DNA of 55,124 nucleotides, filler included, from Sluysia triapertura (taxonomy: Eukaryota): assembly GCA_046118255.1 (NCBI GenBank). It is 4 parts of 4 records of this genome, joined end to end, with 100 filler letters (N's around TTAATTAATTAA, not from the genome) between each part and the next. Parts side by side here need not be neighbours in the genome. Positions count along the whole stretch, not along the records: positions 39,747 to 55,124 come from JBJNIA010229789.1; 3 more parts are not named here. The stretch is one strand, 5' to 3'. How positions within the stretch are numbered: the stretch's first letter is position 1; every line of letters begins with the position of its first letter. The translations under genes were made by a program, and so were the position numbers. Under the pieces are notes generated by a model. That model did not search any database and was not told the origin of the DNA. It saw only the letters and a program-made list of their open reading frames with translations. Below are positions 48,040 through 55,124 of the stretch, one piece after another.

Positions 48040-49560
48040 GAAGTACAGATAAATTATAACGGACAACAAAACGATAGGGAACGAGAGAAATACATCGAAT
48101 ACGACGAAGATTACAGAGATAGCCGATGTGAAACAAGGATAACTAGATTAAGAAAAAGTCATACAAGATTCTCGTAAAATGAAATTGGATTGCTCTGATG
48201 GTAGTGAAAGAAAAGTTAGATCAAAAATAAACTAAGAAGCGCGTGATGAATCGTTTATTTATATGAACATATATTTAGAAAGAGAAGAAAAAATGACGGA
48301 AAGAAGACTAAACTAACATAAAAATTGAGATAGATGAACAAAAGCTAAAAGATAAACAGGAAAATATATAAAAAAATTGACAAAATGGGGTATCATCATA
48401 GTAATGCCAGAAAACGATGAACAAGAAGAATTACATTTATTCGATGAGCTAGAAATAATGGCAAAAATGAAAAAAAAATAGCAAATTAAATACTCCGGAA
48501 CCAGCATTATTGGAAAAAGTAAAAGTATTTATTTCAGATTTAAATAACGGTATAGCTGAATAAAGTAAAAAAATCTCGATGAAAACATAGTTGACTTACT
48601 TGGAATGAATAGAAATATGCATAATGGACAGTGCATCAAACCAAACTTAGTGATATTAATTCGAGAAGACAGTTCATATAAAACGAAAGCAAAAAATATA
48701 CTAAGAAAAATTGCTCAAATGGAACGAACACCTGAACCAAGAGCTTGACGCAAATTAAAATATTAGTTAATGGATTAATAAATTTTTTATGCAGTTACAT
48801 TATGTAGTTACCTTAGTTGGAGAAATTACTGATATGATTAAATCTAATGAGTCGATATAAAATTAAATTTTCATGATATGATTTTTTAGACGACTATGGC
48901 TGTACCTTGGGAAAACATCAGGAGATCTAAAAGCTCAAGTATTTTAAGCGATTACAGATGAAACCCAAGATGACATTGACAATATAAATTTAAATAACAT
49001 TCAATGTTCCTTTTTGAAACAATTATTGGAACATAATATGGATATTAATGAGAACATAATCGAAAATATGAGTGATAAAATTAATAAGAAAAATCATAAA
49101 TTAGATAATGTAAGCATACCGCATTATATAATTGATTTTAACGGTAACCTTCACGTAGAAACTACTGATAGTGGAAAGAATACAATAAGAAGAAGACCAG
49201 ATTGTCCGAGAAAAATGAAGTTACAATGCCAAACCCCGTCCATGACAAAATTACATTGAATTTATGCATAATTTATGCATTTTTATCAGATAAATTTACA
49301 AATTTTCTGAAATGTAAAAACCTACTATAAAATGTCTGTGATTGAAGTAATGAAACAAATGGAAGAAAAATATTTGAATAAAGATGTTGGCGATAACATA
49401 GATACTGGACAGTATACGTCATAATAAATAAACAAATCACCACAGGATTAAATGTTGAAAAACTCAATATTATATTAACATATATCATATTTCATTGAGA
49501 TAAATCAAAACTTTTAACTACTGAAAAGATTGATAAATTTATAGGAATTTTAGAGAAAAA
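48040..49560 (+). pseudogene. Second decayed copy of the LTR-internal ORF with ubiquitin-like domain
   Basis: KAKNILRKIAQME..PEP / QIKILVNGLIN.FMQL...VGEITDMIKSNE / DIKL.FHD / FLDDYG.TLG parallels 4750-5010. ataatttatgcatt.tt.tcagataaattt is shared at 5357 and 49268. Confidence 0.75.
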
Positions 49561-49711
49561 ATTGAGTCTATGAATTCACATTCAAGGAGAATTGAGAAAC
49601 ATAATAAAAGAGAAAACGAATCCAAATTCTGATGAACCGCTTAATATGTTTTAAAACATAAATTTATTAATAAATAACCAATTTACCGAAAATGAACAAT
49701 CTAATGAATAA

Positions 49712-50052
49712 TATGGTTTTGTAATAATACTATTGGCTACGTTTGGAATAACTAAATCAAATTGTATAAAAGTCAACCTCATATTGGTAAAAGATTCTGT
49801 TTATTAGATACAGAGGATTGTCCGGAATCAAGGCCAAACAGAATTCAAATTAAGGAAACAAAAAAATTTTAATGTTTACCATGAAGGAAATTTAGTTATT
49901 ACTTTGGCAGAGAATGTTCGGCTAAAAGAACTGTAGCTATTTGGTACTGATAACATCACAGTCATTCCTCAATAATAGAATTATCAAATGTATTTAAACC
50001 ATTCAAAATACAACCGAACAACTGCCGAATTGCTTTAAAACTTGATATATAA
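49712..50052 (+). pseudogene. env: N-terminal fragment of an envelope glycoprotein, chuvirus/Monjiviricetes class III-like
   Basis: Across frameshifts: hydrophobic leader YGFVIILLATFGITKSNC, then KRFCLLDTEDCPE, then FGRECSAKRTVAIWY**HHSHSSII...FKIQPNNCRIALK. This parallels the recalled family pattern YDC...SLLDV..C...C.....T..YCG.HSH.S......I....C. Confidence 0.55.
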
Positions 50053-50063
50053 CTTTAAACTAT

Positions 50064-51336
50064 TGTGGTATAAACTAAGAATTTATATTTATAATTTTTA
50101 AATTTTGATTACATCTGTACTTTTAAATAATTTTGTTACATTTAATTAAATTTACTTCTATTTTATCATCGATGAAACAAAAACGAAAATAGACATACTT
50201 TATTTATTATCATAAAACTTTTAAAATCTAAATTTAAATTTTGTTTCGAGTCAGTTATTTCCTAGGTATGTCTCTGTATCGGTTTTTTTAAATAAAAATA
50301 TTTTTGTATATAAAAATTTATAATTTTATATTAAAATCACACAAAAAATAGTCAATTAATTTGTTTAAATTAATTAATGTTATTAAAAGAAACAAAATGG
50401 CGACCACAATTGTAATTAGCGAAGAAAAATTTTAGAAAAACTCATTCAACAAATAGAGGACAAAGGAATTCATTAAAAAGATCCATTAAACGTAAAGTTT
50501 TATCCAGACATTCTTATTGTAAGATAGAACTTATACTTAAAATCTTTTAAATTGAACGCTAGACCTTACAAGCTAGCTTAACCTGATTTTAAATTTATTC
50601 AATATCAGAGAAATCAAAACCCTTAATATTTATTAATCTTATTATTTTTATTATTGTAATTTTTGTGGTATATACACGTTTTTAAATTTTGTGTATTTGA
50701 CTGTTAAGAGACTGCTAATATACTTTGGTAAAGTAGGGTTTTGATTTAATGAACTAAAGATAGATAAATTTTTAATTGAGACGCTATACCATAAACGTTA
50801 GCCCAATATTGTTTAATAAACTAGATCTTAAAAGCTAGTTTAACCGTTTGAGTGCGGGAGAATTTTCTTATGCATGTGCTAAAAGTCCGGGATGAAATGC
50901 GTAGTATTTTTTGGGAGAACAATGAAAATGGTTATAATTAACACCAATTGTTATGGAACAAGTAGTTTTGATCAAAAAAATTATTTTTTATTTTTACTTA
51001 TTACAAAAATGTTTTGCTGCACAAATTCCATGAATTCCTTTTTGTACAAATAGCAGCATCTTCGCATTATCGATACAAAAGAAGAAAAGCGCTAACGCGC
51101 TGCGCTGTATTTTTGGCATATGACAAGTGAAGCGCGATAGCGCTTCACCGAACACAAATGATTAACCTAAATAATAAAATAATTTTTACTTGTTAATTAT
51201 ATAGCTTAAGGTTTGAAGCCTTAAATTAACATAAACTACTTCTGATATCGTGAATTACGTATTTGATAAAAGATCGTACTTATTAGGCGAACAAGACCTC
51301 CAGGTATTTTGTAAGAATAAGTTTAACTCTTTCATA
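50064..51336 (+). mobile_element. LTR (same family as 44273-45299) interrupted by a MITE
   Basis: Shares tttgtttaaattaa...aaaatggc, agaccttaaag-type palindromic boxes and the terminal aactctttca(t/c)a with the reverse complement of 44273-45299. Confidence 0.55.
50844..51161. mobile_element. piggyBac-type MITE with a subterminal GC-rich hairpin
   Basis: TTAA|CCGTTTGAGTGCGG ... CCGAACACAAATGA|TTAA imperfect TIRs; hairpin GTGAAGCGC-gata-GCGCTTCAC at 51127-51148. Confidence 0.7.
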
Positions 51337-51690
51337 ATAAAATTCTTGCAGACTTAATTTTACTTCATATTTAAAGGTTTTAGTATGGTTATAAAGTTGA
51401 TAGATACGTCATAAGGCACTAGATGTTTCACCTTCAACACTCTGATTCCTTTTTCAACTTTTTTATGTTGAATATATCGAATTTATCTTTAATATTATTA
51501 ACCATGATTTCAGTCTTGAACATTTTAAAGATTTCAAATATTTTACACTGCTACTCGAAGATCTCAAAGGTTTATTAAAATCTTGAAGGTCTCAAAGGAT
51601 CCCAAAACTTAGAAGCTCATGGTCTCTTCATACTTCGAAGCACCTTTCCAAGCCCTTCTCAAGCCTTCATAAGGGTCTTAATACCCTACA
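51337..51690 (+). repeat. R1 repeat fragment
   Basis: agacttaat...ctagatgtttcaccttcaacactctgattcc...ttccaagccc..caagcctt aligns to ~40838-41190. Confidence 0.7.
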
Positions 51691-52309
51691 AATATCTTTG
51701 GAATGCCAAGATATTCTTTGAATTCAAAATGACTATTTAATTATGCTTATGTTACTGTGCTTCAGGTATTTTCTATCATTTTTTCTTACATATTTTAAAT
51801 ATCCTAACATTTTAAAATATTTAATAATAACGTTTAACTAGATGCTGCGATTTCTATCTAAATGAGATTAAGCAAACTTAGTTAAATTATTTGGGTGCTT
51901 CTGAAATAAATGGTTTACATGCAAAGAAGACACAGTTCCAGGTTTCAGTTGTCAAATTCTACGATAAAGAGTTCCTTATTCTTTTAACTATTTTAATCTT
52001 AGAAATATGTTATAGTATTTAAAGAAGTTTTTCTTTCAATTTAATTTTCTTAAACGCATGTTTTAATCTTAGTAACGTACTATAGTTTCTCTCAATAATT
52101 TGTTACTTTTCGTGAAAGTCAACTATAAAACTTTAAAATAACACATTCGGTCAGTTCTATTTACAAAAATATTTATAACTATATAACTAAAATATAAAAA
52201 TATTTGATTTACAAAAATACGTGCAGAAATGTTTATAATTATAAATTTTATTTTAATTATTTAAATGTTTTAATTTACTAAAATATTTTATAATACCAAT
52301 AATGATTTT

Positions 52310-53420
52310 ATATCCAACAAGTCAAATTAATTAATTAAAATCTTAATTAACTTAATTAGAAAAATGACTTTCATGCGAATAACTTTTGAATGAGAAGTGC
52401 TATGTTAAAATTGTAACTGTATATGTATGTGTTTTAAAGAGATCTTCCGATAAATATAAGGTTTGACTGAGTTAAAATTAATTAATTAATTTTAATTAAT
52501 TTTTAATTAAAAATGTTGAATTTCACATGTCTAGAATGACGAAAAGATGATGAATTGAATGTGAGATGATTCCTATGAAATGAGGTTGAAGTGTTTGTGA
52601 AATGGTTTGTTTGGGAATGAGAACCTTAAACATTTTCCTTTAGAAAATTGAGTGTGAGGAATTAAAAATTAATTAAATTCCAAAAACTAGAGTTAAATTC
52701 ATCATTTTAAAGCATGTTGATAATAATAACAATTATTATTTTAATTTAAGAAGTGATTTATGAAAAAATAGATCGAGTAGAATATAAGAAAAAAATAATA
52801 GTTGATTGTTAATCGAATTTTTATGTTCTGCTTGGCAGGTCGTATCAAGAGGTTTTGATTATTTGTGTGGAAGTGTTTCTAATTATGAGTTTGGGAATGA
52901 TTGGATGACACAAAAGTGTAAAAGAGAAAACTTAAAAAGTTTTAGTAATAACTATGTCAAAATATTAATGGAGGTCAAAATATTTTGAATTTTATTTTAT
53001 ATTTTAAATACATATTAATATAGTTAAAATAAATCCCATGTATGTTTTAGGAAATACAGTTGTTTTAGATTATAATATTCATGCATTTTTAGGGATTGCC
53101 CTTTATTCACATTAAATAAATTTTTTATATAAATATATTTAAAAATTTTGGCAAGTGATATTTTATAGTTTGATAGTTGCGTCACCCCTGGTTTCTTGCT
53201 TAAATAATTGTGTTATTTAATTGTGTATTTTTTTTATAAAATTAAGATTTAGTCATTCTTAGTTAATTCATTTGTATTATTGTTAAAGTTAAAACTATTA
53301 ATAACAATTTGTATTTGATTGTTAAATTATTGTTATTCTTAATTTAAAACGTAATATTTTGGTGTACTAAATATCATAGTTAAAATTAGAATATTTGTAA
53401 TAATTTATATTTGATTTTGT
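52310..53420 (-). repeat. R1 repeat fragment (inverted)
   Basis: Reverse complement of ~39790-40850 (ttaattaattaaaatcttaattaacttaattag, aacttttgaatgag, ttggatga, ttgcgtcacc). Confidence 0.75.
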
Positions 53421-54079
53421 TCTGATATTGACTTATTGTATTAATAATATTAGAGATGCAACAAATCCCCAGACGAAATCTAATAGTGAATCTATAGACA
53501 GATCTTTCGTAGGAATGTAAAATGTATGATGCAGGTGAACCCATGCAAAAGGATTGATTTTGCAAGTATGTGATTTTAACTAAATAATAAAACTAAAACT
53601 TAACATTATTGTTATTATTTGAAATATTATTATTGTTAGGTTTTATTTCTAACTTCAATTAATCTAAAAGTCTTAACTGCTACTTCCTTAGTTGATCTCG
53701 ATAAGTGTTAAAAACTAACTAATTATTTAATAAAATAATAAAAAAATAAGATAAATGAATTTTATATTTATTTATAATTATTTATTTATAATTAATTCTT
53801 CAAAATTATATTATAAATAAGAAATAAGTAATATTGCCAATGATAAAATAGATATTCAAGAATTATGTATAAATACAACGAAAATAGAAACTCCTTTTTT
53901 GCAATAACGTTAACCAAAAGTAAAACTGTCAAGAGAACTTGCCTGTCAGCTAAAAATTGATTAATAATTTAATTCCTTAACGTAATTTAAAAAATAATGA
54001 ACAATAAGGCTACAAGTCCTCCCAAAAATAAAGTTTTATAAAATGAAATGAATTTCACAAAATGTTTCTCAAAAATTGA

Positions 54080-55124
54080 CAGTTTATCATACTCGATTTT
54101 CTAAAGGATATATTTCTAGATTCTTCTCTTTCATAGTAATTATCTCAAATTCCATTCATTATCTTTTCATCATTCCATATATTACAATAGAGAATTGAAA
54201 TAAACATTTGATCTTGCTTAATATTAAGGCTTTCCTCGCAAGTACTCGGTCAAACCATATATGTATCAAAAGATCTTTTTAGAAATAACACAATTTCGAC
54301 ATAGGATTCACCATTCAATCGTTATTTATTAAAAAATTTATTAAGGTTTTGGTAATTTATAAGGCTCTCAAAGGTTTCTAGATGTTACATCTTCACCATT
54401 CTCATTCCTTTTTCTATTTCTTTATATTAATTATTAATGTTCAAATTGATCTTTATTATTATAAACAATTATTTTAAAGATTTCAAAAACTTTATAAGGT
54501 TACTCAAAAGTCTTAAACACTAATAAAAGATTCTTAATAAAGTCCCAAATAATTTCACGATTCATAATTTCATAACTCCAATGCCTCAAAGCACTTTTCA
54601 AACTAATATCAAACCATCTTCGAACCCAAAAGTATTCATCAATATCCAAAATGTTTACTGAAACTTTCATGTTCCTCAAACAATATTTTGTTATGTTTTT
54701 GCCTTCATTTAGTATCTATTCAAACTTTGTTTTCCAATTCCACGTCTTCCTTATTCATTTCTTATTCAATAGTTGTGTTGCGTCTTTAATGCTTGTTAAA
54801 TATTAAATTCACTATTAAAGTCTTATTTAGTTAAAATCCCAATAGTTTCAATAGCTAGTATACTGAATTTAATTTTATTATGTTCTATCTTTATAATTAT
54901 AACGAAGACTATTATCCCAATTCAAATACTTAAAATCAAAACCAAAACTAAAACAATATTGTATTCTTTAAACAAAAATTCGTAATACAACTTGTTAGAA
55001 ATGTAAGTCTCTACTAAAAGTTGATAATTACTCAAATGACAGAATGAGAACGATGTTTATACTAAATTAAAAATACTACAATCCAGACAAAAACAACCAG
55101 GAGTGACGCAACAATAAAAAGACT
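54080..55124 (+). repeat. R1 repeat fragments (one partial copy followed by the start of another)
   Basis: ttgcttaatattaaggctttcc, ggtcaaaccata and cttcaccattctcattcc at 54210-54410; accaggagtgacgcaa at ~55096 matches 39921-39934. Confidence 0.7.

Noticed and set aside
52060-52100. IIERNYSTL resembling the gypsy RNase H motif ERNYS
   Set aside because: No following ELLA or DH motifs and no RT nearby.

Overview
Very AT-rich eukaryotic (animal-type) genomic scaffold with four 100-bp assembly gaps, three of which carry an artificial TTAATTAATTAA linker. Host genes have many 30-38 nt GT-AG introns, which suggests a compact invertebrate genome (inference). Recognisable host genes, all from 8.6 kb onward: an intact, intronless C3HC4 RING protein; the last exon of ILVBL; a SUDS3-like Sin3/HDAC subunit; a divergent ZMIZ/PIAS-type SP-RING SUMO ligase; and an NPL4-like C-terminal NZF exon. 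Most of the rest is decayed and nested mobile DNA: Ty3/gypsy-type LTR elements with tRNA-Lys-like primer sites, solo LTRs, L2/CR1-group LINE 3' ends, mariner and Tc1 remnants, pogo/Tigger and piggyBac-type MITEs, and a long unclassified dispersed repeat (called R1 here). The most notable items are: (i) a decayed LTR family in which gag is followed by a ubiquitin-like domain (two homologous copies) and, in one copy, by a chuvirus/Monjiviricetes-like envelope glycoprotein remnant, with no RT or integrase visible; (ii) an intronless, motif-degenerate DEAD-box helicase pseudogene between two direct R1 copies, with the intact RING gene similarly placed downstream of an R1 copy. All family assignments come from motifs recognised by eye; no database searches were run, and many repeat boundaries are approximate.
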